DNA of 36,153 nt from IMG/VR virus record IMGVR_UViG_3300048850_000121, positions 1 to 36,153 of that record; one strand, written 5' to 3'. The position numbers and the translations under genes were made by a program. This document shows positions 26,764 to 34,613 of the stretch, in pieces (positions within the stretch are counted from its first letter, which is position 1; every line of letters starts with the position of its first letter). The notes beneath the pieces were generated by a model. That model saw nothing but the letters and a program-made list of their open reading frames with translations. It ran no database searches and had not been told where the DNA came from. This DNA comes from a virus (Duplodnaviria; Caudoviricetes).

Positions 26764-26852
26764 TGCGCGACCTCCTGTTCGACCTGGCGGTCATCGTCGG
26801 CACCCTCGCCGTCGTCTTCACCGTGATCGCGGCCCTCGGGCTGCTCCCCTGA
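26763..26852 (+). CDS. 29-aa single-pass membrane peptide
   Basis: TGATG overlap; MRDLLFDLAVIVGTLAVVFTVIAALGLLP. Confidence 0.6.
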   Translation: MRDLLFDLAVIVGTLAVVFTVIAALGLLP

Positions 26853-26877
26853 TTCACATCCCCCACGGAGAAATCCG

Positions 26878-27732
26878 ATGAAGCCCGAAGACAGGGCCGA
26901 TGCCGAGACGCTGTGGCGTCTGTACGGCACCCTGGCCGACACCTCGGTGCGGCTCATGACGGCCCCGCACCCCTCAGTCACTACCGAGGTGCTGACGATC
27001 TCGGCGCCAGCCATGCTGCTGCTGACACGCGAGCGGCAGTATTGGCACGACTTGGCGCAGTCGCGCGGCGCGCCGGTCGATCAGATCGCGCCCAAAGCCG
27101 CCGCCGCCGCCACGGCCCACTCGCCGGCGCCCGCCGCCCCGGCTGTCATCACCGATCCGAGGGCACGCTCCGCCACTGCCGAGCGGGTGGCGCTGCTGCA
27201 CGACCTGTGGCCCCGGCAGGACCTCACGCTGCCGGCGATCGCCAAGCGGCTGAACGCCCTGCCTGGCCCGGCGATCAGCCATCCGACCGTCATCTACGGC
27301 TGGGCCAAGCGCCTTGGTCTGCGCATCCCAAGGCAGGACACGCAGATTGCTGTGCGGGTCGAAACGCACGCCGAACCAGATGCTCCGCCGCCCGCCGCGC
27401 CATCCGCTCCGGTGGTTGAGGAACGCGCGCCGCAGCTGCCCGCCTGCCCGCCGCTGGCGCCAGTCACGCCCCCTCCCGATTTGCAGCCGGCCTCGGCCGC
27501 CCCGCCGGCTGCCCCGCCGTCTGCCGCACCGCGCGCCGCGCCGGCAGCCCCAACGGGCACGACGCCGCGCAAGCCGATCCGGCCAGACGACATCTGGGAC
27601 GAAGCCCGCGAGATGCTGCAGGCGAAGCTCCCCATCATCACCATTGCGGCGGAAACCGGCCTCACCGTCGGGCAGGTGCGTGACCTGCGCTTCGGCCTTA
27701 CGAAGCCAGCCGCCGACAAGGGGGCCGCGTGA
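26878..27732 (+). CDS. Multi-HTH protein with a GcrA-like central domain
   Basis: GGAGA RBS; TAERVALLHDLW...IAKRLN...VIYGWAKRLGL resembles the GcrA N-terminal HTH; Pro/Ala linker; second HTH at the C-terminus. Confidence 0.65.
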   Translation: MKPEDRADAETLWRLYGTLADTSVRLMTAPHPSVTTEVLTISAPAMLLLTRERQYWHDLAQSRGAPVDQIAPKAAAAATAHSPAPAAPAVITDPRARSATAERVALLHDLWPRQDLTLPAIAKRLNALPGPAISHPTVIYGWAKRLGLRIPRQDTQIAVRVETHAEPDAPPPAAPSAPVVEERAPQLPACPPLAPVTPPPDLQPASAAPPAAPPSAAPRAAPAAPTGTTPRKPIRPDDIWDEAREMLQAKLPIITIAAETGLTVGQVRDLRFGLTKPAADKGAA

Positions 27733-29405
27733 TGGCTGATATCGCCCCCACGCCGCGCCAAGTGGATCTGGAGGCCGACCTGTCGGCGCCGCGCGGCATG
27801 CTGCTGCCGATCGGCGACATCCACCCCGCCAAGGACAACCTGCGCCGCGTGTCCGCCGGCGAGGACGCCGACCGCATGATGCGCGACAGCGTGGCGGCTG
27901 CCGGGATCTTCACGCCCATCCTGGTGCGGCCGATCGGCGCTGGCGCCGGGTGGGAAGTGATCGACGGCCATCGCCGCCTCGCCGCCGCGGAGCAGGCCGG
28001 CGTGTCGCTGGTGCCCGTCACGGTGCGCGCCTCCACCGACGCCGAGCAGATGGCCATCCAGGCGGCCACCAACTTGGTGCGCGCGCCGCTGTCCGAACTG
28101 GACCGCTGGGAAGCGGTGAAGCGCCTGCAGGAGCGCGGCTACTCGATCGAGGACGCGGCACGCACGCTCGGCCTGACCGTTCGCCAGGGGCAGCGCATCA
28201 GCCTGCTGGCGCACCTGCACCCCGACATCCTGAAACAGATCCAGCTGCACGGCATGCCCGCGACGATGCATCTGGCGACCATTGCCAAGGCACCGGCGAA
28301 GACGCAGCAGGCGGCGCTGAAGCGCCCGGCGAGCTGGAGAATGCGGGGCAAGGAGCGCGAGATCTCCTGGTACGATCTCAGCATCGCCTGCATGCAGCAG
28401 CGCATCCCGCAGGGCCGCGCCGTGTTCGACATCGCCAAGAGCAAGGTGGTGTTCGAGGAGGATCTGTTCGCGCAACCCGGCAGCGAGGATCAGTTCGCCA
28501 CGCGCGATGTGGCCGGCTTCCTGCGTGAACAGACAGCGGCGCTGGAGCGCGAGGCCGCCGCGTCCAAGGGCAAGGTCGAGGCGGTGCCACTCGACAGCCG
28601 GGGCGGCCCGATGTTGCCAAAGGGCTGGATCGCCTACGCGATGGGGCCGAAGCCGAAGGGCTTGGTCACCTACAAGAGCCTGGTGCAGTCCGGCCCCGAC
28701 GCCGGCTCGATCGTCGCTCAGCAGGCTGCGCCGAAGCCGAAGCCGGAGAAGAAAAAGCCGGCCACCGCGCCGGCTGAGGCAGCGGACACAGAGACGGCCA
28801 CGGCGCCCGCCAGTGGGCGCGGCCCCATCACGCAGGCCGGCCTCGATCTGATCGCCAAGGCACAAACCGAAGCGCTGGGGAAGCGGATGCGCGACATCGC
28901 CGCCGGCCTGGACGAAGCCGAGCTGCTGGAGCTGCTGCTGCTCACCCTCTGCGCCAATAACGTCACCGTGCATGGACCGCTCGCAGGGGGCTACTCGGCG
29001 CGCGTCACCTTTGATGATGTCTCCAGAACGCTGCTGGACGAACGGGCAGAGCAGCGCGAGCTGGAGCCGCTGCAGGCCCGGCGTCTGGCCGGCGATGTCA
29101 TCGCGCGCTGCCTGACCGCCACGGCGCGCGGCGGCTACGGCGGCAGCGGCGCACCGGCGCAGTGGATTGGCCGCTGGATCGAGGCTGGCGCCGCGATGCC
29201 GCGTCTCGATAGGCCGGAGATCCTGGCCACCCTCTCGCTCGACACGCTGCGCGAGGCCGCCTTCGCCGCCGGCCTGAAGCCCGCCGCGACGGCGAAAGGG
29301 CTGCGCGAGCAGCTGGCCGGCCAGGCCCCCGCCCTCACTCTGCCCCCGGCCGCCTTCGCGGCGTCAGGGCCGCAGCCGATCCCCAACCTCACCGAGGAGG
29401 ACTAG
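27729..29405 (+). CDS. Long ParB/RepB/Spo0J-family protein
   Basis: GIFTPILVRP...WEVIDGHRRLAAA and NLVRAPL motifs, then HTH; EEDLF motif of long mobile-element ParB proteins. Confidence 0.85.
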   Translation: MMADIAPTPRQVDLEADLSAPRGMLLPIGDIHPAKDNLRRVSAGEDADRMMRDSVAAAGIFTPILVRPIGAGAGWEVIDGHRRLAAAEQAGVSLVPVTVRASTDAEQMAIQAATNLVRAPLSELDRWEAVKRLQERGYSIEDAARTLGLTVRQGQRISLLAHLHPDILKQIQLHGMPATMHLATIAKAPAKTQQAALKRPASWRMRGKEREISWYDLSIACMQQRIPQGRAVFDIAKSKVVFEEDLFAQPGSEDQFATRDVAGFLREQTAALEREAAASKGKVEAVPLDSRGGPMLPKGWIAYAMGPKPKGLVTYKSLVQSGPDAGSIVAQQAAPKPKPEKKKPATAPAEAADTETATAPASGRGPITQAGLDLIAKAQTEALGKRMRDIAAGLDEAELLELLLLTLCANNVTVHGPLAGGYSARVTFDDVSRTLLDERAEQRELEPLQARRLAGDVIARCLTATARGGYGGSGAPAQWIGRWIEAGAAMPRLDRPEILATLSLDTLREAAFAAGLKPAATAKGLREQLAGQAPALTLPPAAFAASGPQPIPNLTEED

Positions 29406-29407
29406 CC

Positions 29408-29791
29408 ATGCTGAAAGCCACGCCGCTCCTGCAGGTGGCCTTCGCCTGCCATCGCGAGACCATCCGCTCGGCGCTATCGCACCAGGTCCGCCCCGAGGGC
29501 CTGCTCCGCGTTCTGCTCGCCCAGCAGGGCCGGTCTCACCCGGTGCGCCGCACTCTGCCGCGCGGCCTGGCCGCGATGACCATCCTGGTCACCAGCGAGA
29601 TCGACGCCGCCCGCACGGCCGTCGCGCGCGAACTGCACGACGCCATGAAGCGGCAGGGCCTCACGGTCCTGAATCACGACGGCCGCGAGCCGGCCGAGGT
29701 GGTCGCCGCGCGGCGCGCGCTGCCCGCGTCGTCCAGCCTGGTGGAGATCTTCACCGCGGACTTTTTCACAGTCGAGAGAATCCCGGCATGA
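29408..29791 (+). CDS. Phage hypothetical protein
   Basis: 127 aa, GAGGAGG RBS, ATGA overlap with next gene. Confidence 0.65.
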   Translation: MLKATPLLQVAFACHRETIRSALSHQVRPEGLLRVLLAQQGRSHPVRRTLPRGLAAMTILVTSEIDAARTAVARELHDAMKRQGLTVLNHDGREPAEVVAARRALPASSSLVEIFTADFFTVERIPA

Positions 29792-30531
29792 GCGAGACAC
29801 CCTGCTTTCAGCCGCCTGACTGCGACTGCCCCGGCGCCTGCCAGGCGCGCGAGATGGTCGAGCAGGCCGCGACCGATCGGCTGCTGGCGGCAGCCGGCGC
29901 CGTCGCCTCGACCTATCAGCAGCGTGTCCTGACTTGGCTGGTGGTCTGCTTCGGCGCCGAAGTCGCCACGGCGAAGGTCGAGCGCAGCCATCGGTTTCTA
30001 GAGGAGGCGCTGGAGCTGGCGCAGGCCTCCGGCACGACGCAGGCCGAGGCGGAGCAGCTGATCGCCTACGTCTACGGCCGGCCCGCCGGCGACCCGAATG
30101 AGGAAGTCGGCGGGGTGATGCTGACCCTTGCCGGCCTCTGCTGCGCCCTTGGCGTCTTCCAGCCGGTCGCGGCCGAAGCCGAGTTGGAGCGCGTGTGGCA
30201 GAAGCTGCCCGAGATCCGCGTGAAGCAAGCCGCCGCGAAGGCGGGCAGCCCCCTCCCCGGTTACGCCAAGGTCGCAACGCAGCTTGCGGCAAAGCCCATC
30301 GATGGCAGCAGCTGGCCGAATAGCCGCTGCCCGGGCGTGCCGCTGAACCCGGAAGCTTCCGGCCCGCATCACCTGCTTTGGCATGACGGCGACGAACGTC
30401 CCTACTGGTGGGCGGCCGACCAGGGCGCGTGGTTCGCCTTCGGTCACGCGAGCGGCACCCGTCCAGCCGCGATCGCCGTCCACGCCGCCTATCGCGGCCC
30501 CTCCCCTTCTCCCGCAGGTGTTCAGCTATGA
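29788..30531 (+). CDS. MazG-like NTP pyrophosphohydrolase-fold protein with extra C-terminal domain
   Basis: ERSHRFLEEALELAQA and EEVGGVMLTL acidic helices match the EExxE...EExG pattern. Confidence 0.55.
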   Translation: MSETPCFQPPDCDCPGACQAREMVEQAATDRLLAAAGAVASTYQQRVLTWLVVCFGAEVATAKVERSHRFLEEALELAQASGTTQAEAEQLIAYVYGRPAGDPNEEVGGVMLTLAGLCCALGVFQPVAAEAELERVWQKLPEIRVKQAAAKAGSPLPGYAKVATQLAAKPIDGSSWPNSRCPGVPLNPEASGPHHLLWHDGDERPYWWAADQGAWFAFGHASGTRPAAIAVHAAYRGPSPSPAGVQL

Positions 30532-31409
30532 CCGTCAAATGCACCACCAGCAGCCTGCCGGCCATCGGCAGTCCCCTGGCCGTGCCCGCCACACCTGTCG
30601 CCGGCAAGGTGATCGGCGCAGCACGCAAGATGAACAGGGCACGGCGCGGATTCCGCCGTGCGCGCCGGGCGCTTGTCATCGTGACCTGCGTGACGGCGGG
30701 CAGTGCTGCGGCTGCAGCCGGGGCCAAGTACCTGCCGCCGCTGTTCGCCGGCCAGGACGCACCGCAGCGCGCGGCAGTCGTTGGCGCCTCCGGCTATGGC
30801 GACTACGGGGACTATGCCCGCCTGCAGCGGTCTGTGGCTGGACCTTCCTTCCTGCCGTTGGTTACCGGCCAAAGCCGCAGTATGGGCGGCTACGGCCAGG
30901 ATGGCGTCACCGGCGGCAGCGCCGGAGGCAGCAATGCAAACGAAGGCCGTCTCGGCTTCGACGCCACTCCTCACCGCAGGCCAGTCAGCGTGCCCGAGCC
31001 CGGCGCGCTGGGGCTGATCCTCGCCGGGGTGCTGGGTTGGTTCGGACTGGGGCGCCGGAAGCCAGCCGCCGCGCCTGACAGTAAGATCGATGATCAAGCC
31101 CGACAGTTGCTGGCCGACGAACGCGCGGCATGGGAAGCCGAGGTGAAGGTGATCGGCCGCGATGCGGAGTCTTACCACGCCGGCTTCCATGACGGCTGGG
31201 TATCGGGCGTGGAAGCCGGCATTGGCTTGGCCACCAGAGACCGCGCGGTAGAGCGGATGCGGCAGGTGCTAGCAGGCGAACGAGTGGCACGCGAAGCGGC
31301 CGGAGATTCTGGGGTTGCCCCAATTTCCTACAGAGCCGGCTTCCACGCGGGCCGAGTGGCCGGCCTGGAGTCCGTCATCGGCTTGGCTGCCGAGGAAGGC
31401 GCGTCGTGA
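30528..31409 (+). CDS. Membrane protein with internal PEP-CTERM-like signal and duplicated C-terminal domain
   Basis: ATG 30528 by ATGA overlap; VPEPGALGLILAGVLGWFGLGRRK starts at 30990; two ~53-aa repeats follow. Confidence 0.7.
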   Translation: MTVKCTTSSLPAIGSPLAVPATPVAGKVIGAARKMNRARRGFRRARRALVIVTCVTAGSAAAAAGAKYLPPLFAGQDAPQRAAVVGASGYGDYGDYARLQRSVAGPSFLPLVTGQSRSMGGYGQDGVTGGSAGGSNANEGRLGFDATPHRRPVSVPEPGALGLILAGVLGWFGLGRRKPAAAPDSKIDDQARQLLADERAAWEAEVKVIGRDAESYHAGFHDGWVSGVEAGIGLATRDRAVERMRQVLAGERVAREAAGDSGVAPISYRAGFHAGRVAGLESVIGLAAEEGAS

Positions 31410-31746
31410 CCGCCCCCGACTGGTCGAGCATGACAACACGCATGACCGCGGCGAGATGGTCACGGCCGCTCGCTGCTACCTGACGGGCGATGCCACCTGG
31501 TGGCCCTTGGGCCGCGACTGGTGGAAGCCGAAGGATCGCCGGCAGGATTTGATCCGCGCCGGCGCGCTGGCGATGGCCGAGATGGACCGGCTGCGGCGGG
31601 TATCATCTCGATATCCGCAGGGCCGGATCTGGGCCGCAATCCACGACCAGCTCGCCCAGGAGACTGCAGCGGCACGCGCGCTGCTGCAGGAGGTGATCGC
31701 CGTGATCGAGGTGTTGGACGTCATGGCACAGAAGCCGCAGCTATGA
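31406..31746 (+). CDS. Conserved phage hypothetical (WWKP...AxALxxAExxR family), 5' end uncertain or frameshifted
   Basis: EHDNTHDRGEMVTAARCY...WWKPKDRRQDLIRAGALAMAEMDRL; the coupled GTG at 31406 is out of frame, first in-frame ATG is 31456. Confidence 0.55.
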
Positions 31747-31822
31747 TGCTTGTTGATCAATCAGACAAACGCTTCATGCTTCTATAGGCAAGCCGACATC
31801 ATGCCTTTTGGAGCGAATCAGC

Positions 31823-32788
31823 GTGAGCCATTTAAGCGAGCCGAATGAACTTCTCTACCACTATACTAATAGTAATGCGTTTCTTAGCATGGTCGAGAGT
31901 ACCGAACTTTGGTTGGGTGATTTCCGATTTATGAATGATAAAAAAGAATATAATATATTTACCGATGTTGTGGACAACACTGTCAATAAATATGATTTTG
32001 ATGCGCAGTGGGAGGATCTTAAGCCCCACTGGTCAGTGTTAATTCAGCATGAACAGGAAAAATTTCGAGATATTTTCTTTGCGCAAGCACACTATTTAAA
32101 GCAAAAGCTTGCTAGGTCACTTGCTTTCATACGTCCAGATCAGCGGGCGTCAGTTTATTTTATGAGTATGTCGCTTGCGCGTGATTCCTTAAGCCAGTGG
32201 AGAGCTTATGGAGGAGGAGAGGTGTGCCTCATATTTAACAGAAAGCGTTTGGAGGAACTGGGCAAGTTTAGGATTGTAAATGTTGAATATGCCAATCCTA
32301 CAGAGAAAAGTGAAGTAGTAGCTTCGGTTATACGCGGCATGTATTCTAGAAGATGGCCGCGATTTCTCGATAAAACTTCTTATATAGACCGAGAAGTTAT
32401 CGAAGATGGATGGCAGGATGTACTCGCTATGGGTATGATAGGTGTTTCACATCAACGCATCTCGTATGCGAGCTTTAAAGACGCGGGATTTAAGGAAGAG
32501 AGGGAGTGTCGCTTATTTCCTATTCACGCTGGCTATTCCGTCGACCCAGAACGTCTTGTGTTCAAGCCTGGAAAGTATCCAGCTCCGTGCTTTAAGGTGA
32601 ATTTGCGAACTTCGCTGAATGACTCTAATAAATTGGTTAATAATAACTTGTTAGATTATTACGCGCCTGAGATCATGTTTGGGCCAGATATGGATGAAGT
32701 CCGTTGCAGGGCTACTGTTGAAGCCATCAATGATAAATACCGCACTAATTTTAGATGCTTATTTTCCAGCATCCCCTTCAGGGGGTGA
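31823..32788 (+). CDS. DUF2971-domain protein, low-GC cargo
   Basis: LYHYT...LWL...MNDKKE, DSLSQWRAYG, FKDAGFKEERECRL motifs; GTG 31823 has GGAG upstream (track start 31808). Confidence 0.85.
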   Translation: MSHLSEPNELLYHYTNSNAFLSMVESTELWLGDFRFMNDKKEYNIFTDVVDNTVNKYDFDAQWEDLKPHWSVLIQHEQEKFRDIFFAQAHYLKQKLARSLAFIRPDQRASVYFMSMSLARDSLSQWRAYGGGEVCLIFNRKRLEELGKFRIVNVEYANPTEKSEVVASVIRGMYSRRWPRFLDKTSYIDREVIEDGWQDVLAMGMIGVSHQRISYASFKDAGFKEERECRLFPIHAGYSVDPERLVFKPGKYPAPCFKVNLRTSLNDSNKLVNNNLLDYYAPEIMFGPDMDEVRCRATVEAINDKYRTNFRCLFSSIPFRG

Positions 32789-33034
32789 TGAAGTACATAC
32801 GGGTGCTGGGTAGGGGAATATCTCTCTGTCCATGGCTATCAGCATAGCAGTGTATAGCCGGATACACGCCATGCCTGAGCGCATTCAACTCTGCTGGACG
32901 AAGGGCCGGCGGATGCCGGAGAATACAGTGAAAGCCTAGCAGCCGGGCATCTTTGGCAACCCATGGCGGCACCGCGATTCGGCCATCGCGGTCCGCATGC
33001 ACAGGGTCTGACTGACAGGTGGGATGCGCACTAG

Positions 33035-33205
33035 CAGCCTGTTGATTGCAGCCCCGCGATATCGGGCGACCTCAGTGCGGCCCGACGCGATGTGCTGGCC
33101 GCCCTGCCCTCCCTGCGCGGCAGACACCTTGCTTGCTGGTGCCGCCTCGATCAGCCCTGCCATGCCGACGTGCTACTGCAGATGGCGAACACTCCCTCCG
33201 CCTAA
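33035..33205 (+). pseudogene. C-terminal remnant of a DUF4326-family gene
   Basis: Frame reads ...LPSLRGRHLACWCRLDQPCHADVLLQMANTPSA*; in-frame TAG at 33032-33034 and no N-terminal part. Confidence 0.8.
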
Positions 33206-33206
33206 T

Positions 33207-33307
33207 CCGGCAAACCGGCAAGCCCGCAATCCTGCACGCTGACTTGCCGGAAAGCCTGCAACCCTTCATCCTATCGATTGACGCAATCCGGCAAACCGGG
33301 TTGCAAT
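33207..33307. repeat. 8-bp phased repeats (CCGGCAAA-like); centromere/operator upstream of parA
   Basis: CCGGCAAA CCGGCAAG CCCGCAAT CCTGCACG ... CCGGAAAG CCTGCAAC ... CCGGCAAA, overlapping a TTGACG -35-like box. Confidence 0.7.
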
Positions 33308-33324
33308 CATGAGGAATTGCAATC

Positions 33325-33984
33325 ATGCGTGTTTTAGCGCTTGCCGGGCAGAAGGGCGGCTCAGCTCGGACGACCACGGCGACCAGCCTAGCCGTGCTGG
33401 CCGAGATACAGGGCGTCCGTACTGTGGTGTTTGACCTGGACCCCCAGGCTTCGGCAACGCTGTGGCGGGACTCTCGCGAGGCCGAGTACCCAGATGTGGC
33501 TCCAGCACAGCCAACCCGCCTCCCGCGGCTGCTGGAGAAGGCGGCCGAGGGCGGTTGCGGCCTAGCGGTGCTGGACTGCCCACCGAACGCTGAAGGCACC
33601 ACCTCGGCAGCAGTCGGGGCCGCTGACTTCGTGCTGATCCCGATGCGCCCTTCCGCGCGCGACCTGGCCGCCGTGCAGTCAACGATCCGATACGTGCGGG
33701 ACGTGGCGCAGAAGCCCTATGGGGTGGTGCTCAGTGCCTGCCCTACGAACACCCGCGCGATTACAGATGAGATTGCCAGCGCCCTGACGGAAGCCGGCGT
33801 GCCGCTGTGCCCGGTCCGCATGCACCAGCGCGTCGCTCACTACTCGCACGTCAATTCAGGCCTGACGGCTACTGAGTGCGATCCGAAGGGCAGGGCGGCT
33901 GAGGAACTTGCCGCCCTCTGGGACTGGACCAGCAAGCAGGTCGGATTGCAAACCGGCAAACGTGCAAGCAGGAGTGCCGCTTAA
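33325..33984 (+). CDS. parA: Short (type Ib) ParA partition ATPase
   Basis: 219 aa, no N-terminal HTH; QKGGSARTT, DLDPQAS, VLDCPP, ADFVLIP motifs. Confidence 0.92.
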   Translation: MRVLALAGQKGGSARTTTATSLAVLAEIQGVRTVVFDLDPQASATLWRDSREAEYPDVAPAQPTRLPRLLEKAAEGGCGLAVLDCPPNAEGTTSAAVGAADFVLIPMRPSARDLAAVQSTIRYVRDVAQKPYGVVLSACPTNTRAITDEIASALTEAGVPLCPVRMHQRVAHYSHVNSGLTATECDPKGRAAEELAALWDWTSKQVGLQTGKRASRSAA

Positions 33985-33985
33985 G

Positions 33986-34288
33986 ATGTCTCAGCCACCC
34001 CGCAAGCGCATCAGCTTCGATGATCCCGAGCCCCAGTCGGTCCCGCCACCTGCGCCGGCTGCTGCCCCAGCTCCGGCCGTCGCAGTGCAGCCCGCAGCTG
34101 CGCCGGCTCGACATTCCACTCGGGTCGGCAAGCGCGGCGTCCAGCTGTGGCTGTCGCCCGAAGCGTACCGGCAGCTGCGTCTGATCGCGGCCAAGGAGGA
34201 TCTGCAGATCCAGGATTGCCTAGCCGAAGGGCTCGACATGTTCTTCCAGAGCCGGGGCGAGCACCGCATTGCCCGCAAGCCGGATTGA
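33986..34288 (+). CDS. Ribbon-helix-helix partition protein (ParG-like)
   Basis: ATG 1 nt after parA stop with AGGAG RBS; flexible Pro/Ala N-terminus, then RVGKRGVQLWLSPEAYRQLRLIA...IQDCLAEGLDMFF. Confidence 0.82.
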   Translation: MSQPPRKRISFDDPEPQSVPPPAPAAAPAPAVAVQPAAAPARHSTRVGKRGVQLWLSPEAYRQLRLIAAKEDLQIQDCLAEGLDMFFQSRGEHRIARKPD

Positions 34289-34320
34289 AGGTTTGCCGGC
34301 AAACAATACAGCCGAGCTTG
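34272..34320. repeat. Downstream cluster of the same 8-bp repeats
   Basis: CCCGCAAG CCGGATTG AAGGTTTG CCGGCAAA, including palindrome GTTTGCCGGCAAAC (34291-34304). Confidence 0.6.
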
Positions 34321-34442
34321 CAATGGAGGAACGCAGGGTAAGGGCTTGATATGGATTGGTTGCGCGTCATGCCAGAGCGCGGCATTGTGGCCAGCCGTTC
34401 ATCAGAGAGTCGCAAACCCGCGAAGATCACAAAGCCCTAGAA

Positions 34443-34515
34443 CGACAAAACCCCCTCGGTTGGCGCCGAAGGGGTTGTCGGACCCGCCGAAGCGAGCCGG
34501 AGACCGTCAGAAGGT
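34443..34515 (-). ncRNA. Putative counter-transcribed copy-control RNA (ctRNA) in the rep leader
   Basis: Minus-strand promoter TTGCGT-N16-TAGAGT (34549-34522) pointing at hairpin 34443-34480, which ends GGGGGTTTTGT on the minus strand. Confidence 0.6.
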
Positions 34516-34613
34516 TCCCCGACTCTACACCGCCCGACCTCTCACGCAAGCCCTTTTTGCGTGACCGGGAGAGCTGTGCCGGCCGGTCCTCGGGCCAACC
34601 GGAGGAGACGGCA

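Noticed and set aside
27294-28973. 559-aa minus-strand ORF
   Set aside because: Shadow of the ParB-like gene.
32778-33002. 74-aa minus-strand ORF after the DUF2971-like gene as an antitoxin
   Set aside because: No recognisable motif or clear RBS; may be junction debris, cannot be supported.
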